DNA of 64,000 nucleotides from an uncultured Collinsella sp. (GTDB lineage: Bacteria; Actinomycetota; Coriobacteriia; Coriobacteriales; Coriobacteriaceae). The stretch is taken from assembly GCA_959599635.1 (NCBI GenBank), contig CAUGJN010000001.1, forward strand, positions 8,406 to 72,405. Direction: 5' to 3'. The position numbers and the translations under genes are program-made. Under the pieces are notes generated by a model. The model worked only from the letters and a program-made list of their open reading frames with translations, was not told the DNA's origin and searched no databases. Position 1 is the first letter of the stretch; each line of letters opens with the position of its first letter. This document shows, piece after piece, positions 1 to 8,835 of the stretch.

Positions 1-120
1 GTCCCCACGACGTGCAAAAATTGCGGAAACGGCATTTTGGTCAAAACCAGGGGGAAGAGGCGCGAGTTCTGTTCCCCGTCGTGCAGGACGCAGTATTCGA
101 ATCGAAAGGCGGGGCTCTAG
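1..120 (+). CDS. 3' end of a Zn-finger protein (CGNR-type), partial at window edge
   Basis: Frame 1 reads VPTTCKNCGNGILVKTRGKRREFCSPSCRTQYSNRKAGL* (CxxC...RREFCSxxC). TAG at 118-120 abuts the next ATG. Confidence 0.6.
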   Translation, partial: VPTTCKNCGNGILVKTRGKRREFCSPSCRTQYSNRKAGL

Positions 121-330
121 ATGAATCCGTTTATCATCGCGGGCGCGGTGTGGCTGGCGGTCGCCACCGCAACCTTGCTGTATCAAGTGGTCCGCAGGAA
201 GCTCGGGGACCGGGGCTCGATGGTCGAGGCGTCTTGGCGCGACTTGGCTATGTCGTCGATCGGTTTCGGGCTTCCGTTCGCGGCGCTCGCGCTTGCCGCC
301 ACCGGCGTGGCAACCATCTTTCTTCACTAG
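121..330 (+). CDS. small two-TM membrane protein of the integrated element
   Basis: 69 aa with two hydrophobic segments; tightly packed between the upstream stop and the integrase RBS (gaggtg). Confidence 0.6.
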   Translation: MNPFIIAGAVWLAVATATLLYQVVRRKLGDRGSMVEASWRDLAMSSIGFGLPFAALALAATGVATIFLH

Positions 331-342
331 AGGTGCGGTAGC

Positions 343-1707
343 ATGGCGACGGTGCCCCGCAACAAGGGTAGTTATGCCCCTAGGACGGCTGGTAGCTCTT
401 GGCAGGTAAAGTACCCGCTCGGCTGGAATGAGCGCAAGAAGCGATACGACGAATATCGCGAAGAGGTCGCTTCGGAGGCCGAGGCCATCGCGCTGATCAA
501 AGCCATCAACGACTACGTTTATCACGGGGGCCTTCCGCAAGACGTACCCGAGTGGAGACGCAGGGCAAAAGGACATTCCGAGGGCAACGTCCTAACGCTC
601 GACGGGTTCGCCATGTCCTATATCGCGATGCGGGAGAGACGGCGAAAAGTCCAGGAGAGGACCATCGAAAGCAACCGCGAGGCCTGGGCAAGACTCCGGC
701 CGTACCTCGGCGATCTGCCGCTGAGGCGGGTGACGCCCTTCGTCATCGATGAGGCATATGCCTGCATGGGGAGTCCGGGGGACGATAACCTTGCCGGCAG
801 GGTCTACTCCGGAACGACGATTGAGAAAAGTCATGCGTTTCTGCGGCAGCTGCTCAAGGACGCCGTCGAGCGGGGCTATATCGACAAGAACCCCTGCGAT
901 TCGATTGACGCTCCCAAGAGGGATACCAAGGAGAAGGTTGCGCTCACTTTATTTCAAGCCCAGGCGCTATTCAACTACATAACGAGCCGCCCTCCGGAGG
1001 CGCATGCCATTGGCGTGCTACTCGCGCTGAACTGCGGGCTTAGGCTTTCCGAGATGCTCGCGTTGACCTGGCAAGATTATAAAGGCGGGGTGCTGTCTGT
1101 AACTAAAGCGCTGAACAAAGAGAAGCAGACATACAAGACGACGAAGAACGAAGACAACAGGAGGATCCCTGTCCCAATGCCGCTCATACCAGTCCTCGAT
1201 GAATGGCAGAAGGTCCAGAGGCACATTTATTCGGACGATCTCGGTCTTCGATGGAGCGCTGAAGCGCCCATTGTGAACAGCAGGAACGCAAAGCACATCC
1301 TTCAGCGGTCTTTCACGCGTTGGTTTGATTCGGCAAGGCTCGAGTATCCGATACCCGACGACTTCAAGTTTCATGGTTTCAGGCATACATACGTGACACT
1401 GTTGAGCCGTGACTGCGGAGTGGACAGGCGGACCGCGAAGAGTATGAGCGGTCACAAGAACGACCAGGCCTTCGATATCTACACTCACACAAACGACGAG
1501 TGGCAGCGAAGGGCGGCTAACGAACTCGGTGATATCTTGCAACCTAATGACGGGGCCAGAAAATGCTACAACTGCGCTTACTGGGGCGTATCTCCCCTAG
1601 ACGCAGATCGTGGTGCCTGCTGGAACAACCCCGCCGGGCTAATCGAAGCAAAAGCGGGCGACTCGTGTGGCAAGGGCCTGTTTATCGCCAAAACCGCGAA
1701 AGCGTGA
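343..1707 (+). CDS. tyrosine recombinase/integrase
   Basis: Catalytic motifs GLRLSE, FHGFRH, SGH, IYTH; SAM-like core-binding region ending NPC; adjacent to a tRNA-derived att site. Confidence 0.95.
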   Translation: MATVPRNKGSYAPRTAGSSWQVKYPLGWNERKKRYDEYREEVASEAEAIALIKAINDYVYHGGLPQDVPEWRRRAKGHSEGNVLTLDGFAMSYIAMRERRRKVQERTIESNREAWARLRPYLGDLPLRRVTPFVIDEAYACMGSPGDDNLAGRVYSGTTIEKSHAFLRQLLKDAVERGYIDKNPCDSIDAPKRDTKEKVALTLFQAQALFNYITSRPPEAHAIGVLLALNCGLRLSEMLALTWQDYKGGVLSVTKALNKEKQTYKTTKNEDNRRIPVPMPLIPVLDEWQKVQRHIYSDDLGLRWSAEAPIVNSRNAKHILQRSFTRWFDSARLEYPIPDDFKFHGFRHTYVTLLSRDCGVDRRTAKSMSGHKNDQAFDIYTHTNDEWQRRAANELGDILQPNDGARKCYNCAYWGVSPLDADRGACWNNPAGLIEAKAGDSCGKGLFIAKTAKA

Positions 1708-1733
1708 CGGCGTCGGGCATATCCCATTGAAGC

Positions 1734-1894
1734 TGTCATTTCCGTCATAGGTGTCATTTGCAGACTTGCGTATTGGTTGTTTGTTAATCAGCAGGGGTGA
1801 TATTAAAGCTGTTCAAATATGGCGGCGGAATTCGATCAGAATATGCTCAGAATGATGATATGAGCAGATAATGAGCAGATAAAAATGCTCGATA
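1734..1894. promoter_or_regulatory. short direct repeats, candidate integrase arm / excisionase binding sites
   Basis: TGTCATTT at 1734 and 1752 with CGTCATAG between (9-bp period); ATGAGCAGATA tandem at 1860-1870 and 1871-1881 with degenerate ATGCTC copies at 1843 and 1885. Confidence 0.5.
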
Positions 1895-1965
1895 ATAAAT
1901 GCATGATACAGCTATTTACCTGCGTAAACGTATAATAGGTTCTATAGAGAAAGAGCCGCCCCGCC

Positions 1966-2010
1966 CTCATAACCCGGAGGTCGTAGGTTCAAATCCTGCC
2001 CCCGCGACCA
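1966..2010 (+). other. attR core: 3' half of initiator tRNA-Met (CAT)
   Basis: CTCATAACCCGGAGGTCGTAGGTTCAAATCCTGCCCCCGCGACCA = anticodon loop, T-arm, acceptor 3' strand and CCA. The 5' half is absent. Confidence 0.9.
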
Positions 2011-2019
2011 AGAACTTGC

Positions 2020-2049
2020 AGCTCGTCGGCCTAGCCGGCGAGCTTTTTT
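2020..2049 (+). terminator. intrinsic terminator (original tRNA terminator)
   Basis: agctcgtcggc-cta-gccggcgagct followed by a T run. Confidence 0.85.
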
Positions 2050-2100
2050 GTTATTCCGGGACCGTGTTTTTCGGTCCAATTCTCAGCCTCTCAAACAAAA

Positions 2101-2272
2101 TCTCGATCTGTAACATCTAGACCCGATTTGGGCGGCTAGGTGTTACAGATCGAGATGTTGAGTCCCCGCCTGGACGGTTTGTCTAAATCTGTAACACGAG
2201 GGATGGATTTTGCCGAGTAACTGTTACAGATTGAGATTTTCTGCCGGGACGGTTTTGGTTTGTCTCGATCTG
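2101..2272. repeat. array A of alternately inverted 15-bp motif TCTCGATCTGTAACA
   Basis: Motifs at 2101(+), 2141(-), 2182(+), 2222(-), 2263(+, truncated after 10 bp); spacers 25/26/25/26 bp. Confidence 0.95.
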
Positions 2273-2504
2273 CTCCAATGTGCCCTGCGTCTTTATGGGT
2301 CTTGCCACGTCGTTCTTCACGTTTATGCTGCAGCAGCCGATCAACTTTGGCCACCTCTTCGCATTCTGGGCCTTTGGAATCGCGCTCGCGGTTTGCCTGG
2401 TTATGTCGGGAACGCTCGTGTGCTCGGCAATCTTTGGAAAAGAGCGCGCTATTCAGGCGCTTACGCCGCTCGATGTGCTCGAGGCACGGCGGAACCATAA
2501 ATAA
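2273..2504 (+). pseudogene. probable headless 3' remnant of a membrane protein gene
   Basis: Hydrophobic reading frame (SNVPCVFMGLATSFF...ARRNHK*) begins at the truncated repeat, has no RBS, and is followed by a hairpin at 2520-2552. Confidence 0.5.
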
Positions 2505-2760
2505 GAAAACTCGATTATCAGGGGCGGACGCCGTGAAGCACACCGCCCCCCTCCTGTACGTGTGGCGCCAGGGCCATGCGCTCGAAAGCGTTGCCCAAAC
2601 GCATGGTTCATCCGCACAAAGCCCATGGTCGCTATGGGCAAACATCGGTGCGCCTGCACATGGCTTTGAGTCTGTTTTCGAGCGAAAGTATGGCTGTCGA
2701 TACGCATGCAATTCGCATGAAGTCCGGGTTCGTCCAAGAGCCCTATAAAGGAGGATTCGC

Positions 2761-4266
2761 ATGAAACAGTTAGAGACCGACGTCGTTGTCGTTGCCGCGG
2801 GTCTGAGTGGCCTTGCCGCAGCGGTCGCTGCAGCCGAGGCAGGCGCTCGCGTCATTGCCCTAGAGAAGGCCCCCATTACCGGTGGCGCCGCCAACATGGG
2901 CATGGGGCCTGCCGCCGCTGGCTCTCCGCTTCAGAAGGCTTCGATGATCGAGGTCACGCCTGGCGAGCTCTTCCGTCGCCATATGTTCTACACCCATTAC
3001 CAGGTCGATGCTCGCCTGGTGCGCGACTACTACTTTAAGTCGGGCGATACCATCGCATGGCTGCAGGATATGGGCGTGGTGTTTAACTCCGTGCGTCCGG
3101 CGTTCCGCGCCCGCGAGCGCACGCGCGCCTATTCCGACGGCGAGTACACCTGGCATGTCGTGCAGCCCGAGGATGGCTCGGAGCCCGGTCCTCGCGCGGC
3201 GACCACGATGACCAAGCGCATGACCGAGCGTGCCCAGGACCTGGGTGTCGAGTTTATGTTTGAGTGCCCGGGCACCGGCCTTATCAAGGGCGAGGACGGC
3301 GCCATCTGCGGCGTGACCGCCAAGGACAAGGACGGCGAGGAGTACCAAATCTCGTGCAAGTCTGCGATTGTCGCTACGGGCGGTTTTGGCCACAACGCTA
3401 AGCTCATCAAGGAGAAGCTCGACTTTGAGTGGGGTAAAGACCTGTTCTCGTTTGCCATTCCGGGCATGGACGGCGACGGCATCAACATGTGCCACGAGGT
3501 CGGCGGCGGCCACACCCCGGTGACCATGGAGCTCATGTATCAGATCCCCGACAACATGAACCACTTCTATGTCGAGGGCGCATTCCGTCAGCCGTGCTAC
3601 TGGTGCAACCGCCTGGGCGAGCGCTTTATGCCGGAGGACGAGATCTTCAACACCACCTTTGTCGGCAACGCCATCAACCATCTTCCCGGCAAGGTCGCCT
3701 ATGCCATCTTTGATTCCCGTATGCTCAAGCACTGGAAGAAGGATGGTCCGGATATCGTCAGCCACGTTCATCCGCACGACCTGTACGACGGCTTTGAGGA
3801 GCAGTGGAACCGCGACCTGGAGGCTGGCTACCCGGCGATTTGCCAGGCCGATACGCTGGAGGAGCTTGCCGAGAAGGCGGGTATCGACGTGGAGGGCCTG
3901 CTCGCCAACGTCGACGAGTACAACGAGATGTGCGACAACGGCTGGGACGACATCTTTGAGAAAGAGCGCGAGTTTATGAAGCCGCTCGAGAAGGGCCCCT
4001 TCTATTGCTGCAAGCAGTACTGTGGCGCCTACGGCACCCTGGGCGGCGTGCTCATTAACCACAAGATGGAGGTCATGACCGACGACTACGAGGTCATCCC
4101 TGGCCTGTACTGCGTTGGCACCGATGCCTGCACCATCTATGGCGACTCCTATAACTACTGCATTCCGGGTAACACCATGGGCTTCTGCCTTAACTCGGGT
4201 CGCATCGCCGGCGAAAACGCCGCCGCAGCCCTCTTTGAGGACGCGGGCGACGAGGAGTGGTCGTAA
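2761..4266 (+). CDS. cytoplasmic FAD-dependent oxidoreductase (FAD_binding_2 / flavocytochrome c flavoprotein-like)
   Basis: N-terminal Rossmann VVVVAAGLSGLAAA..EK...GG, ATGGF, GERF, TLEELA, TLGGVLIN, IPGLY, SGRIAG; RBS aggagg; no signal peptide. Confidence 0.9.
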   Translation: MKQLETDVVVVAAGLSGLAAAVAAAEAGARVIALEKAPITGGAANMGMGPAAAGSPLQKASMIEVTPGELFRRHMFYTHYQVDARLVRDYYFKSGDTIAWLQDMGVVFNSVRPAFRARERTRAYSDGEYTWHVVQPEDGSEPGPRAATTMTKRMTERAQDLGVEFMFECPGTGLIKGEDGAICGVTAKDKDGEEYQISCKSAIVATGGFGHNAKLIKEKLDFEWGKDLFSFAIPGMDGDGINMCHEVGGGHTPVTMELMYQIPDNMNHFYVEGAFRQPCYWCNRLGERFMPEDEIFNTTFVGNAINHLPGKVAYAIFDSRMLKHWKKDGPDIVSHVHPHDLYDGFEEQWNRDLEAGYPAICQADTLEELAEKAGIDVEGLLANVDEYNEMCDNGWDDIFEKEREFMKPLEKGPFYCCKQYCGAYGTLGGVLINHKMEVMTDDYEVIPGLYCVGTDACTIYGDSYNYCIPGNTMGFCLNSGRIAGENAAAALFEDAGDEEWS

Positions 4267-4399
4267 CACCGCAGCTGTTCGCGCCTGCAGACACCCACGC
4301 GTTGGGTGCGGGCGGGGATTTGCCCTACAAGCGAGGCGCTCGGGATCGCTTTGGTCCCGGGCGCCTTTCTGGACAAGAGCGACGTTTTGAGGGGAACGA

Positions 4400-6532
4400 A
4401 TGAAGCTAACGATTAATGGAGCCGAGGTCGAGGCACGCGAAGGGCAAAATGTCCTGGAAGCCGCGCTCGATGCCGGTATCTATATTCCGCATCTGTGTAA
4501 ACATCCCGATCTTGAGGCCGTCGGCGGATGCCGTCTGTGCATGGTCGAGATCGAAGGCCAAGATGAGCCGGTGTGTGCCTGCAAGACGCAGGTTGCCGAG
4601 GGAATGGTCGTCAACACGACAGGCGAGCAGGCCGAGCGCGTGCGCAAGCTGGCAATGGAGCTTATCTTGGCCACGCATCCCGCCGATTGCACCGGCTGCC
4701 CCAAGTACGGCAAGTGCGAGCTGCAGTCTATGTATCAGTACATGGGAGTTTCGCCTGCGCGCTGGCGCACCAAGAGCCGTCCGGTCGCCACGGACGAATC
4801 GAACCCGCTGATCACCCATATGTTCACCCGCTGCATTCGGTGCGGTCGCTGCGTGCGCGCGTGCCGCGAGCTGCGCGGCGCCGGCGTCTTGGACTACCAG
4901 CGCACCGAGGACGGCATTCGCATTGGTACGGACGGCAGCGTGAGTCTGCAAGAGGCCGGATGCCGTTTTTGCGGTGCCTGTATCGAAGTGTGTCCCACGG
5001 GCTCGATCGTCGACACGCTCGATATGTTCGATGAGAACAAGTCCTATGCCGACAACGTGGTCCCCTGTCGCTCGGGCTGCCCCGCCCACGTGGATATCCC
5101 GCGCTACCTGCGTCACATCCGCAACGGCGAGTACACCCGAGCCGCCGCGGTGGTGCGCGAGAAGGTCCCGTTCCCCGAGAGCTTGGGCGACATTTGCGTC
5201 CATAGCTGCCAGGATGCCTGCAAGCGCAACGAGCTCAACGGCACGCCGGTTTCGGTTTGCCGTCTTAAGCGCGCCGCGGCCGTGCGCGATGCGGGCGACT
5301 GGAAGGCCAACGTGCGCCATGAGCCGCTGAGCGGCAAGAGCGTCGCCGTTGTGGGTGCCGGTCCCGCCGGCTTGACCGCCGCACTCTATTGCGCCGAGAA
5401 GGGCCACAAGGTCGTGGTGTTCGAGGCCAACGAGAAGGTCGGCGGCCAGATGCGCTACGGCATTCCGGCGTATCGCCTGCCCGATGCCACGGTCGATGCC
5501 GAGGTTGCGACGATTTTAAAGATTGCCCAGGGTGATGACGCCGAGCCGCGCATTGAGCTGCGCTGTGGCGAGCGAATCGCCGAGCCCCAGGCGCTTTTGG
5601 AGCAGGGCTTCGATGCCGCGCTGGTTGCGGTGGGCACGCATGACGGAACGGTGCTTCCCATGCCCGGCCACGACCTCGAAGGCGTGCTGCGTAACACCGA
5701 TTTTCTGAAGGCCGCCCGTATGGGCAGCGCCCCGGACCTGACGGGCAAGCGCGTCGTGGTGCTTGGCGGCGGCAACGTGGCGTACGACTGCGCCCGCACT
5801 GCCGTGCGTCTGGGTGCCGCCTCGGTCGATGTCGCCTGCCTTGAGGCCCAAGACGCGATGACCTCGACGCCCGAGGAGCGTGCCGAGGCCGCCGAGGAAG
5901 GCGTGGTCCTGCACGATGCCTATGCCTTTACCAGCATTAACGAGACCGAGGACGGTTCGGGCAAGGTCGGTTCCATGACGATCCGCAAGATCGAGCGGTT
6001 CTACTTTGACGAGAACCACCGCGCCGTCACCGAACTGCTCGACGGCGGCGAGAAGACCATCGATGCCGACTGCGTGATCTTTGCCGTGGGTCAAAAGCCC
6101 GAGGGCACGGCCCAGATGGGCCTTGAGCTTACGCACGGCCCGTATATCGTGGCCGATACCGAAGGCAAGACGAGCGTTGAAGGCATCTGGTCGGCGGGCG
6201 ACTGCGTGACGGGTACCAAATCGGTGATCGCGGCAATCGCTGCAGGTCGCACGTGCGCCTCGGCCATCGACCGCGCTTTGGGTGGCGATGGCAACATCGA
6301 CGAGGAGCTGACCGAGCATGATGCTCCCGAGCAGTGGATTGGCCGCGTCCCCGAGGGCTTCTACGACGATGCCGTGCAGCCCGAGTTTGTCGATGCCCAG
6401 ACGCGTAAGGATAACTTCGATACGTTTGAGTGCCCCTATACCGACCATGAGGCTACGTGCGAGGCGAGCCGCTGCTTGCAGTGCGATTTGCGCCTAACGA
6501 TCAGTACGCCGCGCCTGTGGAACGAATACTAG
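4400..6532 (+). CDS. NuoG/HydA N-terminal Fe-S module fused to GltD-like FAD/NAD(P)H oxidoreductase
   Basis: [2Fe-2S] IPHLC..GGCRLC..C; HxxxCxxC..C; CIRCGRC and CRFCGAC; PCRSGCP, GAGPAGL, YGIPAYRLP, GGGNVAYD, EASRCLQC. Confidence 0.92.
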   Translation: MKLTINGAEVEAREGQNVLEAALDAGIYIPHLCKHPDLEAVGGCRLCMVEIEGQDEPVCACKTQVAEGMVVNTTGEQAERVRKLAMELILATHPADCTGCPKYGKCELQSMYQYMGVSPARWRTKSRPVATDESNPLITHMFTRCIRCGRCVRACRELRGAGVLDYQRTEDGIRIGTDGSVSLQEAGCRFCGACIEVCPTGSIVDTLDMFDENKSYADNVVPCRSGCPAHVDIPRYLRHIRNGEYTRAAAVVREKVPFPESLGDICVHSCQDACKRNELNGTPVSVCRLKRAAAVRDAGDWKANVRHEPLSGKSVAVVGAGPAGLTAALYCAEKGHKVVVFEANEKVGGQMRYGIPAYRLPDATVDAEVATILKIAQGDDAEPRIELRCGERIAEPQALLEQGFDAALVAVGTHDGTVLPMPGHDLEGVLRNTDFLKAARMGSAPDLTGKRVVVLGGGNVAYDCARTAVRLGAASVDVACLEAQDAMTSTPEERAEAAEEGVVLHDAYAFTSINETEDGSGKVGSMTIRKIERFYFDENHRAVTELLDGGEKTIDADCVIFAVGQKPEGTAQMGLELTHGPYIVADTEGKTSVEGIWSAGDCVTGTKSVIAAIAAGRTCASAIDRALGGDGNIDEELTEHDAPEQWIGRVPEGFYDDAVQPEFVDAQTRKDNFDTFECPYTDHEATCEASRCLQCDLRLTISTPRLWNEY

Positions 6533-6549
6533 GAAAGGAGCGATAACCC

Positions 6550-7626
6550 ATGACGATCATCAACTTTATGCCTGCGCATAAGCAGGCTCCCGTCGCGCTC
6601 TGGCTCCTTAAGAAGGACGTGGCGGCCGCTGCGGAAAAAATTGCAGGGGCCGGTGCCCAGGCGGTTTTGGTGCCGGCAGGCGATGAGGTCTCTGCCGCGC
6701 TCGCGGATGCGTTGGGCGAGTCCTGCCGCGTGATCGAGTGCGACCCGAGCCTGGGCTTTGTCTATGCCAACGGTTCGGCCGCGGCCAAGATGCTCGACGG
6801 CGAAAAGCCTCTCCCATCTTGCTGCGAGGGCGATGGCGCCGACCGCTGCCTGAGCGGATCAGAGTTACTTGCCGCCGAAGGCAAGCGCTGGGTGTGGATT
6901 GACGGGGCCGAGGAGCCCGTTGAGGTCGACCGTGTCGTGAGTGCGGAATCCCTGGTTGCCGCGGCGGGCGCCGACGACGCTAAAGCGGTGGGGATTGGCT
7001 ATCCCAGCGGTCTGCTGCTGAGGCCCGATGACACCTCAAAGATTGAGCTATGCAGCGACTACGTGCGCGTCTACACCGCCAAAAACTGCATGGCAAAGGC
7101 GCTTTTGGACATTTGCACGCTCTATCGTCACGAGAGCTGCGGACGCTGTGTCTTTGGCTACGAGGGCTCGCATCAGATTGCAACGATTCTTGCCGATATC
7201 TGCCGCAAGAAGGGCAAGCCGGGTGACTTGGCGCTCCTTCGCGACCTTTGCCCCGTGATGCAGGCGCAGTGCCTGTGCGAGCAGGGTCGCGTGCTGGCGC
7301 GCACGGTGCAGTCGTTCCTCGACCTGTTCGAGGGCGAGATTATGCAGCACACCACCAAGAAGGTCTGTGCCGCCGGGGAATGCCAGGCATTCTTGACCTT
7401 CCATATCCTCGCCTCCAAATGCCAGGCATGCAACAAGTGTGTCGATTCGGACGTTTGCGAGGAGGACGCGATTCTGGGAAGGCCGCGGTTCATCCACGTG
7501 ATCGACCAAAAGGCTTGCACCCAGTGCGGTGCCTGCCTGGATATCTGCGACAACGGCGCGATCGTCACGGCTGGGGCCGTCAAGCCCAAGTGCCCGCCCA
7601 AACCCATTCCCTTTAAGCGCAAATAA
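6550..7626 (+). CDS. degenerate NuoF/HydB-like Fe-S protein
   Basis: HESCGRC, LCEQG, CAAGEC and two ferredoxin-type motifs (CQACNKC, CTQCGAC); no GRGGAGF FMN/NADH motif. Confidence 0.8.
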   Translation: MTIINFMPAHKQAPVALWLLKKDVAAAAEKIAGAGAQAVLVPAGDEVSAALADALGESCRVIECDPSLGFVYANGSAAAKMLDGEKPLPSCCEGDGADRCLSGSELLAAEGKRWVWIDGAEEPVEVDRVVSAESLVAAAGADDAKAVGIGYPSGLLLRPDDTSKIELCSDYVRVYTAKNCMAKALLDICTLYRHESCGRCVFGYEGSHQIATILADICRKKGKPGDLALLRDLCPVMQAQCLCEQGRVLARTVQSFLDLFEGEIMQHTTKKVCAAGECQAFLTFHILASKCQACNKCVDSDVCEEDAILGRPRFIHVIDQKACTQCGACLDICDNGAIVTAGAVKPKCPPKPIPFKRK

Positions 7627-7820
7627 GAGCGCCGACCCCTTCCGTTTTGTCCCTTGTAGGCATGCGGGAGGGGCCTTTGTTTATCTGCACGAGGTATTCC
7701 GCAAATACCGAGCGGGCCTTGGTTGCCTGGACGGTGCGCATGTTTTACGTCTGCCGTACGCTTTTTGCGAAGTACACACGGGCAGAATCCGTGTCCAAAA
7801 TGCTCTGGAGAGGAGCGACC

Positions 7821-8813
7821 ATGTCGTTTAAAGTGATGGCGATTTGTGCCGGCAGGCACGGTGGCAACGGCGAGGCTTTGGCCAAAGAGGCCCTTTGCGC
7901 GGTGCGCGAGGCTGGCGGCGAGGTCGAGCTGATCAATTTGTTCGACTATAACATCTTGCCCTGCACCGGTTGCGAGGGCTGCACCATGCAGATGGGAAAG
8001 ATGGGCGCCGGCCTGCAAAAGGAATATCACGGCTGCGTTCTTAAAAACAAAGACGATGTAGATGCGATTATTCGCGAACTGCAGACCTGCCAGGGCGTGA
8101 TCTTCTCGGTTCCGACCTACGACCTTACGCCCAGCTCGGTGTACACCCGCTTTGCCCAGCGCTTCTTGGCATACGAGCTTTCGTTCTTGCTTGCCATCGG
8201 TGCCGTAAAGGAGAATCCGCATACCGTTGCCGGCCTCATCTCCGTCGGCGGCTCCATGCACGATTGGCAGTCCCTGGCACTGGAGAGCCTGCAGGCGACT
8301 ATGTTTACCATGTCGATGACTGTCGTCGATCGCTATATGGCGCAGCGCGACGGCCGCCCGGGCAATGCTTTTGTGTGGGGAGACGACGTGGAGTGGGGCG
8401 GACAGATCGCCCGCGCCCACAAGATGGGCGAGAACATCGTCAAGGCCATTCGCACGCCTGTTGACGAGCGCTGCTGGCTGGGCGATCCGGATGACGGCGT
8501 GTGTCCCAACTGCCACAGCTCCCTGGTGTACCCCGGCGACAAGCATTGGGATGGGGTCGAGTTTCCCTGGGAGTGTGCGGTCTGCGGCGCGGGCGGCGAT
8601 ATCGTAACCGACGAGCGCACCGGTCGCCCCAAGCTCAAGATTGCCGAGAACGGCCTGATTCGCGACCGCAACGACGACCACGCGCGCGCCGAGCACCTCA
8701 ACGAGATCAACAAGACCCGCGACGAGTTCTTCGCCCATATGGACGAAGTAAAGCCGCTCATGGAAAAGTACGCCAAGATGACGTTCCCCACGCTGGAGAT
8801 TAAGCGCGACTAG
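7821..8813 (+). CDS. flavodoxin-fold FMN/Cys-cluster reductase, flavone reductase (FLR)-like
   Basis: CTGCEGC...CVLK, FSVPTY, SVGGS..DW, ARAHKMGENI, GVCPNCHS, CAVCG; start placed at the ATG after RBS ggagagga. Confidence 0.8.
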   Translation: MSFKVMAICAGRHGGNGEALAKEALCAVREAGGEVELINLFDYNILPCTGCEGCTMQMGKMGAGLQKEYHGCVLKNKDDVDAIIRELQTCQGVIFSVPTYDLTPSSVYTRFAQRFLAYELSFLLAIGAVKENPHTVAGLISVGGSMHDWQSLALESLQATMFTMSMTVVDRYMAQRDGRPGNAFVWGDDVEWGGQIARAHKMGENIVKAIRTPVDERCWLGDPDDGVCPNCHSSLVYPGDKHWDGVEFPWECAVCGAGGDIVTDERTGRPKLKIAENGLIRDRNDDHARAEHLNEINKTRDEFFAHMDEVKPLMEKYAKMTFPTLEIKRD

Positions 8814-8835
8814 TTTTGCCCAAGCCCCGCCCGGC

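Larger units (their letters stand above)
1..2010. mobile_element. right end of a tRNA-fMet-integrated element (prophage/ICE/IME), continuing left of the window
   Basis: Integrase, AT-richer spacer and duplicated tRNA 3' half at 1966-2010. Confidence 0.8.

Noticed and set aside
1935..2010. Intact tRNA-Met gene
   Set aside because: Sequence upstream of 1966 cannot form the acceptor 5' strand or D-arm; only the 3' half is present.
1899..2903. ORFs 1899-2120 and 2136-2903 with repeated ISICN peptides
   Set aside because: Translations of the att site and DNA repeat array, not credible proteins.
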